From the NCBI RefSeq assembly GCF_028288185.1, contig NZ_JAQBOF010000004.1, positions 177,187 to 241,186 of the forward strand: a stretch of 64,000 bases of DNA, in the 5' to 3' direction. This DNA comes from Mucilaginibacter sp. (GTDB taxonomy: Bacteria; Bacteroidota; Bacteroidia; Sphingobacteriales; Sphingobacteriaceae). This document shows positions 9,143 to 18,840 of the stretch, one piece after another. Under the pieces are notes generated by a model. The model saw only the letters and a list, made by a program, of their open reading frames with translations, did no database searches and was not told the origin of the DNA. The position numbers were made by a program, and so were the translations under genes. Each line of letters opens with the position of its first letter. The first letter of the stretch is position 1.

Positions 9143-12100
9143 ATGAATATAAAAGAAGAACTAAAAAAACGCATCCTCATCATTGACGGCGCAATGGGTA
9201 CCATGATACAACGGTACCAATTGACGGAAAAGGATTTTCGTGGAGAAAGATTTAAAGATCATCCGTCAGACTTGCAGGGGAATAATGACCTGCTGAATAT
9301 TACGCGCCCGGATATAATTAAAGCTATCCATACTGAATACATGGATGCCGGCGCGGATATCATCGAAACAAATACATTTAGTACACAAGTAATTTCGCTT
9401 GCGGATTATCACCTGGAAGAGTTGGCTTATGAGCTGAGCTATGAAGGTGCACGTATAGCCCGCGAAGCTGCCGATGCATATACTTTAAAAACACCCAACA
9501 AACCACGCTTTGTGGCAGGTGCTGTTGGGCCAACCAATCGTACTGCGTCATTATCGCCTGATGTAAACGACCCCGGTTATCGTGCCGTTACGTTTGATGA
9601 TTTGGCAAATGCTTATTACGACCAGGTACGTGGTTTGGTTGACGGCGGATCTGATGTTCTTTTGGTTGAAACCATATTTGATACTTTAAACGCCAAAGCT
9701 GCATTATTCGCGATAGATCGTTATGCTAACGAAAGCGGTAAACATTTGCCGGTAATGATATCAGGCACTATTACTGATGCTTCGGGCCGTACCCTTTCCG
9801 GGCAAACAGTCGAAGCTTTCTGGAACTCTGTAAGCCATGCTAATTTATTATCCGTTGGATTAAATTGCGCGTTGGGTGCTAAAGAGATGAGGCCACATAT
9901 ACAAGAGCTGTCAGAAAAAGCGGATGTTTTTATTTCAGCCTACCCTAATGCGGGCTTACCAAACGAGTTTGGCCAATATGATGAAACCGCGCACGAAACC
10001 GCGCACCAGGTTGATGATTTTATGAAAGCCGGGCTGGTAAACATTGTTGGTGGCTGCTGCGGTACAACGCCCGATCATATTAAATGTATTGCTGATAGGG
10101 CCGCTAAATACCCACCCCGTCCTATACCCGAAATTGAACCTTTTATGCGTTTAAGCGGACTAGAAGCCGTTACCATTACCCCCGAAAGTATTTTTGTTAA
10201 CGTGGGTGAACGTACCAATATTACAGGTTCGCCAAAATTCTCTAAACTGATATTAGCCGAGAATTATGAGGAAGCCCTAACCGTTGCCCGTCAGCAAGTA
10301 GAAGGCGGTGCGCAGGTTATCGATATCAACATGGACGAGGGCATGATCGACTCGGAAGCGGTGATGGTTAAGTTTTTGAACCTGGTAGCGTCCGAGCCCG
10401 ATATATCCAAACTGCCCATCATGATCGATTCATCTAAATGGACGGTTATTGAGGCTGGTTTAAAATGTATACAGGGCAAGGGTATTGTAAACTCTATCTC
10501 TCTGAAAGAAGGCGAGGAAAACTTTAAAGCATACGCCCGTAAAATATTAAGCTACGGCGCTGCCGCGGTAGTTATGGCATTTGATGAAACCGGCCAGGCC
10601 GATTCATTAGAACGCCGTAAAGAAATTTGCCAGCGATCATATAATATCCTGATTAATGAAGTGGGCTTCCCGCCGCAGGATATTATATTCGACCCCAATA
10701 TTTTAACCGTAGCCACGGGATTAGAAGAACATAACAACTACGCGGTTGATTTTATTGAAGCAACCCGTTGGATAAAACAAAATCTGCCTTACGCTAAAGT
10801 GAGTGGTGGGGTAAGTAATATTTCGTTCTCTTTTAGAGGAAATAACGTAGTACGTGAGGCTATGCACTCGGCATTTTTATATCATGCTATACAGGCTGGT
10901 ATGGATATGGGGATTGTTAATGCCGGTATGCTGGAAGTTTACCAGGAAATTGATAAAGAATTATTAGTGCTGGTTGAAGATGTGTTGCTTAACCGCCGTG
11001 ACGATGCTACCGAGCGACTGGTTGAATATGCCGATACCGTAAAAAGCAAAGGCAAAGAGATAGTACGTGATGAAGAATGGCGCAAAGGCACTGTTGCCGA
11101 GCGTTTATCGCATGCGTTGGTAAAAGGTATCATTGAATATTTAGATGATGACGTAGAGGAAGCCAGGCAGGCCTACGCCAAACCCCTTGAAGTGATAGAG
11201 GGCCCGTTAATGGATGGGATGAATATTGTAGGCGATCTGTTTGGCGCGGGTAAAATGTTTTTACCGCAGGTTGTAAAATCGGCCCGGGTAATGAAAAAGG
11301 CCGTGGCTTATTTATTGCCATTTATCGAGCTGGAAAAACAACGGGTTATTGACGCCGGCGAAGATTCAAGCCAAAGCCGTGCTAACGCCGGTAAGGTTTT
11401 AATGGCTACCGTAAAAGGCGATGTACATGATATTGGCAAAAATATTGTAGGCGTAGTGTTGGCCTGTAATAACTTCGAGGTGATTGACCTTGGGGTAATG
11501 GTTCCCGCGCAGCGGATAATTGAAGAGGCCATAAAACAAGAGGTTGATATAATAGGTCTAAGCGGATTAATTACACCATCGCTGGATGAAATGGTGCATT
11601 TCGCCAAAGAGATGGAGCGCCAAAACTTTACCATTCCGTTAATAATCGGCGGGGCTACAACATCGCGTATACATGCGGCAGTTAAAGTGGCGCCAAATTA
11701 TTCGGGTGCTGCTATCCATGTGTTGGATGCTTCAAGGAGTGTGACGGTTTGCAGCAGCCTGATGAACCGCGATACCCGCGATGGTTATATACAAGGCATA
11801 AAAGACGAGTACGAAAAAGCCCGCGAAGCGCACGCCAATAAAAAATCTGACAAACGTTTTGTAACGTTGGAGCAAGCGCGTGCAGACAAGTTCCAGATAG
11901 ACCTGGACAAGGTTGCCCCAAAACCCGCCTTTACCGGCACCAAGGTTTTCGAAGCTTATCCGTTGGCTGATCTGGTACCTTATATCGACTGGACGCCGTT
12001 TTTCCATACTTGGGAATTGCGTGGCAGCTATCCAAAGATATTTGATGATAAGTTTGTAGGTGTTGAAGCTAAGAAGCTGTATGACGATGCGCAGGTGTTG

Positions 12101-12829
12101 TTAAAAGAAATAGTAGACAATAACTTGCTACAAGCAAATGGTGTTATCGGTTTTTGGCCGGCTAACGCGGTTGGTGATGATATTGAGTTGTTTACTGACG
12201 AAAGCCGTACACAGCAATTATCGAGAATTCATACCCTTCGCCAGCAATCAGAAAAAGTAAAAGGCGAGCCTTACTATGCGCTGTCTGACTTTGTAGCACC
12301 AAAAGAAAGCGGTGTGGCCGATTATTTTGGCGGCTTCGCGGTTACAACCGGGATTGGTTGCGATGAATTGGTTGCCAAATTCGAGAAGGATTATGACGAT
12401 TATAACAGCATTATGGCCAAGGCCCTTGCTGATAGATTAGCCGAAGCCTTTGCCGAAAAAATGCATGAGCTGGTACGTAAAGAATACTGGGGTTATTCTG
12501 CCAGCGAAGAGCTGACAGTTGAAGAACTGGTTAAAGAAGAATACCAGGGTATCCGTCCGGCACCGGGATATCCCGCTTGCCCCGAGCATACCGAGAAGAG
12601 AACACTGTTTGATCTGCTAAAAGCCGAGGATAACGCACACATGCACTTAACAGAAAGCTTAGCCATGACACCGGCGGCATCTGTAAGCGGGTTTTATTTC
12701 GCGCATCCGCAGTCGAGATATTTTGGTTTGAATAAGATCAGTAAAGATCAGATAGAGGATTATGCGGTTAGAAAAAATATGTCTGTAGAAACTGTAGAAC
12801 GTTGGTTGGGGCCGAATCTTAATTATTAG
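9143..12829 (+). CDS. metH: cobalamin-dependent methionine synthase
   Basis: Homocysteine-binding GGCCG, pterin domain, DVHDIG B12 motif, activation domain [10 protein letters not shown]. Confidence 0.98.
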   Translation: MNIKEELKKRILIIDGAMGTMIQRYQLTEKDFRGERFKDHPSDLQGNNDLLNITRPDIIKAIHTEYMDAGADIIETNTFSTQVISLADYHLEELAYELSYEGARIAREAADAYTLKTPNKPRFVAGAVGPTNRTASLSPDVNDPGYRAVTFDDLANAYYDQVRGLVDGGSDVLLVETIFDTLNAKAALFAIDRYANESGKHLPVMISGTITDASGRTLSGQTVEAFWNSVSHANLLSVGLNCALGAKEMRPHIQELSEKADVFISAYPNAGLPNEFGQYDETAHETAHQVDDFMKAGLVNIVGGCCGTTPDHIKCIADRAAKYPPRPIPEIEPFMRLSGLEAVTITPESIFVNVGERTNITGSPKFSKLILAENYEEALTVARQQVEGGAQVIDINMDEGMIDSEAVMVKFLNLVASEPDISKLPIMIDSSKWTVIEAGLKCIQGKGIVNSISLKEGEENFKAYARKILSYGAAAVVMAFDETGQADSLERRKEICQRSYNILINEVGFPPQDIIFDPNILTVATGLEEHNNYAVDFIEATRWIKQNLPYAKVSGGVSNISFSFRGNNVVREAMHSAFLYHAIQAGMDMGIVNAGMLEVYQEIDKELLVLVEDVLLNRRDDATERLVEYADTVKSKGKEIVRDEEWRKGTVAERLSHALVKGIIEYLDDDVEEARQAYAKPLEVIEGPLMDGMNIVGDLFGAGKMFLPQVVKSARVMKKAVAYLLPFIELEKQRVIDAGEDSSQSRANAGKVLMATVKGDVHDIGKNIVGVVLACNNFEVIDLGVMVPAQRIIEEAIKQEVDIIGLSGLITPSLDEMVHFAKEMERQNFTIPLIIGGATTSRIHAAVKVAPNYSGAAIHVLDASRSVTVCSSLMNRDTRDGYIQGIKDEYEKAREAHANKKSDKRFVTLEQARADKFQIDLDKVAPKPAFTGTKVFEAYPLADLVPYIDWTPFFHTWELRGSYPKIFDDKFVGVEAKKLYDDAQVLLKEIVDNNLLQANGVIGFWPANAVGDDIELFTDESRTQQLSRIHTLRQQSEKVKGEPYYALSDFVAPKESGVADYFGGFAVTTGIGCDELVAKFEKDYDDYNSIMAKALADRLAEAFAEKMHELVRKEYWGYSASEELTVEELVKEEYQGIRPAPGYPACPEHTEKRTLFDLLKAEDNAHMHLTESLAMTPAASVSGFYFAHPQSRYFGLNKISKDQIEDYAVRKNMSVETVERWLGPNLNY

Positions 12830-12871
12830 CCCCCGACCCTCTAAAGGGGGAGGACAAAAGAAAAATAAAGA

Positions 12872-12904
12872 AGACTTACGAAGTTTTTAAAACTTCGTAA
12901 GTCT
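12872..12904. repeat. 33-nt palindrome (REP-like)
   Basis: AGACTTACGAAGTTTT-T-AAAACTTCGTAAGTCT. Confidence 0.75.
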
Positions 12905-12914
12905 AATAATAAAG

Positions 12915-13046
12915 CGTCATTGCGAGGAACGAAGCAATTTCTACACTTGCTAATCAATGTGCAGGAAGTTTGTAGCATTACGCAATAAATGAAATTTGTC
13001 TTATTGATTGTCTATTGCAGAGATTGCTTCGTTCCTCGCAATGACG
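12915..13046. repeat. REP/MITE-like element, family B (GTCATTGCGAGGAACGAAGCAAT)
   Basis: 24-bp perfect inverted repeat 12915-12938 / 13023-13046. Confidence 0.85.
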
Positions 13047-13086
13047 GCGGTAAAAAAAGAATAGAAAATAGTATACTTGTCACAAC

Positions 13087-14040
13087 ATGAAGATTACGCA
13101 ACATATAGAGAACGCTAAAGGCAAAACGCTTTTCTCTTTTGAATTATTACCGCCAATAAAGGGCCAAAGTATACAAGGCATTTACAATGCTATTGATCCT
13201 TTAATGGAATTTAAACCGCCGTTTATTGACGTTACCTCATCGCGCGAGGATCATGTTTATAAAGAGCATGCCAATGGTTTGTTAGAGAAAATAAGCTACC
13301 GTAAGCGCCCCGGTACAGTGGCGGTATGCGCGGCTATCATGAACAAGTATAAGGTTGATGCTGTTCCGCATTTAATTTGCGGTGGATTTACCAAGGAAGA
13401 GACCGAATACGCGCTGATTGATCTGCAATTTTTAGGCATAGAGAATGTACTGGTTTTGCGTGGTGATGCTCGTAAAACAGAGTCATCATTTATACCAACC
13501 CCAGGCGGCCATAATTTTGCTACCGATTTGTTAGAGCAGGTTACTAACATGAACAAAGGCAAGTATCTGCACGAAGATCATGAAGCGGTAAAATCCGACT
13601 TTTGTATCGGCGTAGCCGGATATCCCGAAAAGCACTTTGAGGCGCCAAACCTTAAAACCGATTTTAAATATCTAAAGCAAAAAATAGACAATGGCGCTAC
13701 TTTTATAGTAACCCAAATGTTTTATGATAACAGCAAGTATATCGAGTTTGTAAAAAGCTGCCGCGATAATGGTATTAATGTGCCTATTATTCCGGGATTG
13801 AAACCCATCACTTCGTCAAAACAACTCATCAATCTGCCAAAGATCTTTCATATTGATATACCCGAAGACCTGAGTGACGCGGTGCACGCCTGCAAATCAG
13901 AAGCCGAAGTAAAAGAGGTGGGTATCGAGTTTATGATTAACCAATGTAAGGAGTTGATAAAAGTTGGCGCGCCGGTACTGCATTTTTATACCATGGGAAA
14001 TCCCGGCCCTACAAAGCGCATAGCGGAAGCGATATTTTAG
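13087..14040 (+). CDS. metF: 5,10-methylenetetrahydrofolate reductase
   Basis: SFELLPP, PHLIC, VLRGD, VAGYPEKH, TQMFYD, LHFYT. Confidence 0.95.
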   Translation: MKITQHIENAKGKTLFSFELLPPIKGQSIQGIYNAIDPLMEFKPPFIDVTSSREDHVYKEHANGLLEKISYRKRPGTVAVCAAIMNKYKVDAVPHLICGGFTKEETEYALIDLQFLGIENVLVLRGDARKTESSFIPTPGGHNFATDLLEQVTNMNKGKYLHEDHEAVKSDFCIGVAGYPEKHFEAPNLKTDFKYLKQKIDNGATFIVTQMFYDNSKYIEFVKSCRDNGINVPIIPGLKPITSSKQLINLPKIFHIDIPEDLSDAVHACKSEAEVKEVGIEFMINQCKELIKVGAPVLHFYTMGNPGPTKRIAEAIF

Positions 14041-14049
14041 AAACAATAT

Positions 14050-14680
14050 AATTTGTCATTCCATACCACCACGTCATTTCGAACGAGGAATGAGTGTGGC
14101 AATCGCACGCGTTCAAATAAGCATCGCACCTTTCGCTTGGTGACGCTCATGGCCGCTAAGGCCTAGTTACTTTCCCTTAGATGGAAAGTAACCAAAGATC
14201 AAGTCAGACGGAATGCTTCTTTGCGCTCTTGGCCTTTGCCCGGCAGATCAGTTAAAACCACGGGCTGCATAATTTTGCTCCATATCGCTCTTGGCCATTG
14301 CCCGGGCAAAAAGACGCTATGCCCTTGCCCCCGCACGGCCCAACTTGTTTTACCTGATCTCACCCGAAGCTGTCCGTCTGACGGAGTTGGACGGCACCAG
14401 CACCTTTCCCTACCCGTCATCGCGAGGAACAGCCTGTCCCGATTTTTCGGGAAAGCAATCTCTACATAAGCTAATCAAATGTGCAAAAATGCGTCACGAG
14501 TACGCCACGCTTAGGCCTGCGCTCAATGTCATAAAGTTAAGCGATAATATTTTGCGGGATAGCGCCGTTAGGTGCTAAAGCTCGGTAGCAAGACATTATA
14601 AAATATTTTAGGCGTGCCATAGGTACGCAACTTCGTTAAGGTCTGTACCAATGGTCATTCTTAACTTAATGACATTGACC
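14050..14680. repeat. mosaic of palindromic repeats / long structured element
   Basis: Family-B-like arms at about 14072, 14415 and 14500; nested stems 14166-14382; further short palindromes to 14680. Confidence 0.65.
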
Positions 14681-14697
14681 TTGCGCCAGCTTTGCAC

Positions 14698-15483
14698 TTA
14701 AACAGTAAAAGCGTTAGGCAGCATTAATAAAAAAGGAATGGCTTGGTTATAATTTAACTCGTTGTAAAATATCCCCAGTCTGTTCAAGTTTTTATAATAG
14801 TGGTTAACGTTGGTATAATAATTGAGTTCGGTTTGCAGGTACCAGGCTTTGGGGCCAAGTTTTTGGGCTATGAACCATTTCTCTAACAAGCGCGCGGCGC
14901 GTCCGTTACCGTCTTCAAAAGGGTGGATGCACACAAACAACAAGTGAATAAATGCTGCGAAATAAAAAACCTCGGCGTGGGTAAGTTGCAGCGTTTTTAG
15001 TGTTTCTATATCGGCCCAAAGCAAGTCGAGCTGTGTTGCTACCTCCCCGGGCATTGCAGCCTCAAATTGGATCCGGCCGGTATTATGTTCCATAACCACC
15101 ATATTGCCCGTACGCAAAGCGCCCTGCTTATTTGCAGGTAACAGGTGTGCGGAAATTAGTTTGTGTGCGGCTAAAAAATTAGCGGCTGTAAATTGGTTTT
15201 GCTGTGCAAACAGGTAGGCCTGGTACAGGTCGTCAGGCTTTTGTACCAGGTCGGGCTGATACTCCAGGTTAAGCATTTTATGTTTCAGGTAGCTATCTAC
15301 CTCCATTCGCTCGCCCTCAATCCGTGACGAGGTTATGGCCGATACCGCTATATAATAACTAAATGTCGCCGTTGATATTTCGGCATCTTTCAAATTATTA
15401 AAAGCTGCCTCTAAATTGCTACGGGCCTGTTGCAGGTATTGGGCAAACAGGGTAACGGGTATTATATTTAGTTGTGCTGCCAT
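14698..15483 (-). CDS. Fic domain protein (class II, N-terminal inhibitory motif)
   Basis: HPFEDGNGRAAR catalytic motif; SSRIEG matches (S/T)xxxE(G/N). Confidence 0.92.
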   Translation of the reverse strand: MAAQLNIIPVTLFAQYLQQARSNLEAAFNNLKDAEISTATFSYYIAVSAITSSRIEGERMEVDSYLKHKMLNLEYQPDLVQKPDDLYQAYLFAQQNQFTAANFLAAHKLISAHLLPANKQGALRTGNMVVMEHNTGRIQFEAAMPGEVATQLDLLWADIETLKTLQLTHAEVFYFAAFIHLLFVCIHPFEDGNGRAARLLEKWFIAQKLGPKAWYLQTELNYYTNVNHYYKNLNRLGIFYNELNYNQAIPFLLMLPNAFTV

Positions 15484-15576
15484 ATACAGGATATGTTAAA
15501 GCTAACTAAAGTTTGGAAGTATTAAGGTGGATAGGCTAAAGGGTATAAAGCGGCTGTACCTGGTAAACATCCCGGC

Positions 15577-15628
15577 CCTGTAGTTATAAACTACAGGCAT
15601 AATCGTTCGAAGTCGGGAGACTTCGAAC
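15577..15628. repeat. two short REP-like palindromes
   Basis: CCTGTAGTT-ATA-AACTACAGG and GTTCGAAGTC-GGGA-GACTTCGAAC. Confidence 0.7.
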
Positions 15629-15682
15629 AGCAGGGGAATTAAATAGTAATTTTTATATATAGTTTAGTGTACCAAAATGGAT

Positions 15683-16324
15683 TTATACAGGATATACTTC
15701 ATGATCGGGGTCTATCCAAAGCAATTGCAAAAAACCGAATTGGCGAATACCCCAAATTCTAAAGGTTCCACTTAATCTAAGTGAAAATAATTCATCGCAA
15801 TCGTCCAGCTTTAATTCTTCTAATCTTTTTTGAGCATCTTTGCATATTTTCGAAACAGACACATTATGATGTTTTGTTTTATTTTGTTTACCAAATTGTT
15901 GTCTTTCCAATTCATGCCAATTAAACCCTTCTAGTGATTTTAATTTAGGAATAACTTCAGACCAAAAAATACTCTCGCCTATTGAATTTATGACAATTTT
16001 TTGTTCGGTAGCAGATATTTTATTATTAGATTCTTCAATCAAGATGTTTAGAAGGTCATTCAAAGATTTGAATCTTCTTCCTGAAAGCTTATCTATGGCT
16101 TTATAAACATCATTATCTAGATTATGGGGTAATTCTTTTAAGAGATCATCATTAAAATCAAATTCTATCTCATTTATAATTTTTTCCAAACCCCATTTTC
16201 CATTCATATCAATTTTATTAAATTGCCATGAAGCATAATGGTCTTTTACCAAACTTGGTGAATATTCTTTATTTGGTGATTTTTGTTTAGAAGGTATTAT
16301 AGATGATTTTGGAATTTTGTTCAT
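15683..16324 (-). CDS. putative toxin (PanT-type partner; RelE-like C-terminal fold inferred)
   Basis: C-terminus LFSLRLSGTFRIWGIR..LLWIDPDHEVYP; 4-nt overlap with Panacea gene; AT-rich. Confidence 0.65.
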   Translation of the reverse strand: MNKIPKSSIIPSKQKSPNKEYSPSLVKDHYASWQFNKIDMNGKWGLEKIINEIEFDFNDDLLKELPHNLDNDVYKAIDKLSGRRFKSLNDLLNILIEESNNKISATEQKIVINSIGESIFWSEVIPKLKSLEGFNWHELERQQFGKQNKTKHHNVSVSKICKDAQKRLEELKLDDCDELFSLRLSGTFRIWGIRQFGFLQLLWIDPDHEVYPV

Positions 16325-16911
16325 AGAGAGCTATAATATTCTGCCATGGATTCATGTGAAATAGCATTACTACCACGCTCCGTTAATGACAATCCGTTTC
16401 TTGCATTTCTCCAAGGGGTTTCTAAATGAGTTAACTCAATCAACCACTGTGAAGGCTTATCTCCATAATAGTTTAATACAGAATTAATTGTTTCTTTTTG
16501 ATTTTCATCTAATAAGTCAGGATTTCCAATGGATATATTACTAATAGTATATAATCCTCTATGATAAGAAAATAAATCTTTTACGACTGGGCCATTAGCC
16601 CAAGCCTCTATTTTCTCCGTAAACAAAGGACGTTCATCCCAAACCAATGACCAAGCTTGACAGTAATATAATAGTTTATGCAGCTTCATGGTGGTCATCG
16701 CCCCTTTCATTTTAATAATTAAAGCTGCTACGTCAAAAACTGAAACCTTTAAATTAGGTGTAAAAGGTACTTCTTCTTTCCAAAGGACTTTTGGGGCAAA
16801 ACTATCAACATCAAAATTTAAAGTATTTGTTTTCTCAACATCGTAGTAAACACTAATATTCTTCGAATACGAAACATCTTGTTCAATTTTGTTTTCAGTA
16901 TTATTATTCAT
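16321..16911 (-). CDS. Panacea (DUF4065/SocA-like) antitoxin with about 55-aa N-terminal extension
   Basis: MKLHKLLYYCQ, LFxExIEAWxNGPVV, LIELTHxExPW signatures. Confidence 0.9.
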   Translation of the reverse strand: MNNNTENKIEQDVSYSKNISVYYDVEKTNTLNFDVDSFAPKVLWKEEVPFTPNLKVSVFDVAALIIKMKGAMTTMKLHKLLYYCQAWSLVWDERPLFTEKIEAWANGPVVKDLFSYHRGLYTISNISIGNPDLLDENQKETINSVLNYYGDKPSQWLIELTHLETPWRNARNGLSLTERGSNAISHESMAEYYSSL

Positions 16912-17524
16912 TTTCTAATTCGATATTATATAGTTTATTCAATAGCTCTAAACTGTCGTTTTTAAATTTTACAATTATTCCAGAAGTAAAAATTTCTTTA
17001 AACTGCAATAGTGACACAATCTTATAGGTATTATTTATATCCAAAGTGTAAGAATTTGTGTTTTTTATAATTTGAATATTCAGTTCGTAATCATCTTTTT
17101 TAAATTTTCTGATTAAGCTACATTGCGCTTCTTCAAAATTTAATTCATTATATGCTTCAATATCTTTAAGCGGAAATAAGTTTGAAAGTTCATCACATGT
17201 TTTAGATTCGAAAACAAAGTTTATTCCAAGATCGCTTACCGGTGTATGTTCTAAGTATTGTGAAATTTTTAAAGCCAAATCTTCTATAAGATTAAAAGAA
17301 CTATCCGTAGAATCTAAAACTGAAAATTGAAGTCTGTTTCCAAATACAGAAACACGAATGTTTTTATATGAGAATCTTGGAGAAGCTCCGGAAGAATTTG
17401 TAGGATATTCAACAGTAACAGTTTCACCATCAAATAAATATTTGGATACCCATTCATTAGTAAAAATTGCCAAGTTCCAATTGCCAACGATTACTAATGC
17501 AAAATATTCTTCTTTATATTTCAT
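16904..17524 (-). CDS. hypothetical protein, first gene of the Panacea operon
   Basis: 206-aa AT-rich ORF (VIVGNWNLAIF...TPVSDLGINF); 8-nt overlap with next gene; TATATTTG promoter box at about 17567-17574 on minus. Confidence 0.75.
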   Translation of the reverse strand: MKYKEEYFALVIVGNWNLAIFTNEWVSKYLFDGETVTVEYPTNSSGASPRFSYKNIRVSVFGNRLQFSVLDSTDSSFNLIEDLALKISQYLEHTPVSDLGINFVFESKTCDELSNLFPLKDIEAYNELNFEEAQCSLIRKFKKDDYELNIQIIKNTNSYTLDINNTYKIVSLLQFKEIFTSGIIVKFKNDSLELLNKLYNIELENE

Positions 17525-18385
17525 GGTTTTATAGAAAAGACCTTTGTTGTGATAAAAATAGGTTTTTGCAAATATATAGTTAAAGGTTGAAACTATATAT
17601 CAGTTTTTTCTTAGCCTATCAGAAACGATCCGTTTTATTGAGGGGTAATTATCTAAAGGTTTTTCAAGCACTTTAGGCAGGTTTACAGCCCCTGCATTGT
17701 ACTTTTCTACAAGTTGCCTATCTGTAGCCCTTTGTTTTCTTTCATGCTTTATAGACACTAAAATAGTATAAAAAGTTTAGTTAGCAATAGGTTTGTTGAA
17801 GTTAATCTTTTTCAGCATGTAATAAATCATCCTCTGGCGCGAGGTACTGTCATAAAAGGCAACGCCCTAATCATTCTACCACTTCGCCTGCCATTACAAA
17901 GTACCGCAATCTAACCCAATAAAATGGTGGCGCTACTTTGTCACTACATTTTAAGTTAAGTTTTTTAACCGGTGGGGTGGTTGCCGTTATAGCATCAATG
18001 AGTATGCATAAAAGGTGGTAAAAATTGGCGGGTTTTAGCAGTTATACGCACACAAAACTTGCGCAAATGGTGGTTACAGGTGTATAAACGGTGGCAATGT
18101 CAAGCGTACAAAACCATCCGGTACCCGGTCCGTAAAACTCCTTTGGAGGGTATATACAACTAAATCTGATAACTTTGGTGACAATATTTCGTCACTAAAC
18201 AGGTGCGTCAAAACTTACTTAAAAGTCAGTAAAAGTGTGCCAAACTGTATAATGAAACCGGATTTATAAAATTAATTTTTTGATTATCAATTAGATGCGA
18301 AAACAGGTGTGCCAAAGTGTATCACCGGGAGACATTCAATGCGGTACAGCAATAATAGCCAACGTCAAACGTACAACGTAAACAG

Positions 18386-18769
18386 CTATTTCTTCTTCTC
18401 TTTATCGGTATGCTCGTAGATCTCGGCTTTTACAGCAACCGAATCTTTGCTGAAAGATATCACCAGGTTCTTTTTGTGAATAGGCTTCTTTCGGGCAAAC
18501 TCAAAGCTATTATCTAAAATCTGGTAGGATAGTTGCAGCGTATCCCAATGTTGCGGGCGCCCCAACGAATCAAGTATCTGCCTAAACGTTAACCCCTTTA
18601 ACTGGTGATTCTTTACCAGATCGTTAACTATTTCATCGCGAAGCGGATATTCAAGCCCATCGCCATAAATCCATTTTTTACGGTCAAACTTGCTTGCATT
18701 ACTGCAACCGGTAATAGCCATAAATGCCAATAAACAGATGGGGATTTGAAGAAAGGATCTTTTTATCAT
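18386..18769 (-). CDS. lipoprotein, BamE/SmpA-like
   Basis: Lipobox ITGC; FDRKKW, ILDSLGRP pattern. Confidence 0.7.
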   Translation of the reverse strand: MIKRSFLQIPICLLAFMAITGCSNASKFDRKKWIYGDGLEYPLRDEIVNDLVKNHQLKGLTFRQILDSLGRPQHWDTLQLSYQILDNSFEFARKKPIHKKNLVISFSKDSVAVKAEIYEHTDKEKKK

Positions 18770-18840
18770 CGCGCTAATTTACAAGCAAAACTAATAAAGC
18801 CATTAGGTAAATTCATATATTCGTTAAAATCAAAATTAAC

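Noticed and set aside
14199-14578. Three overlapping ORFs of 73-95 aa
   Set aside because: They lie on palindromic repeats, lack protein-like motifs and are open on both strands because of the repeat structure.
17600-17758. 52-aa GTG-start ORF on minus (MSIKHERKQRATDRQLV...)
   Set aside because: No recognisable motif or start context; cannot be distinguished from chance.
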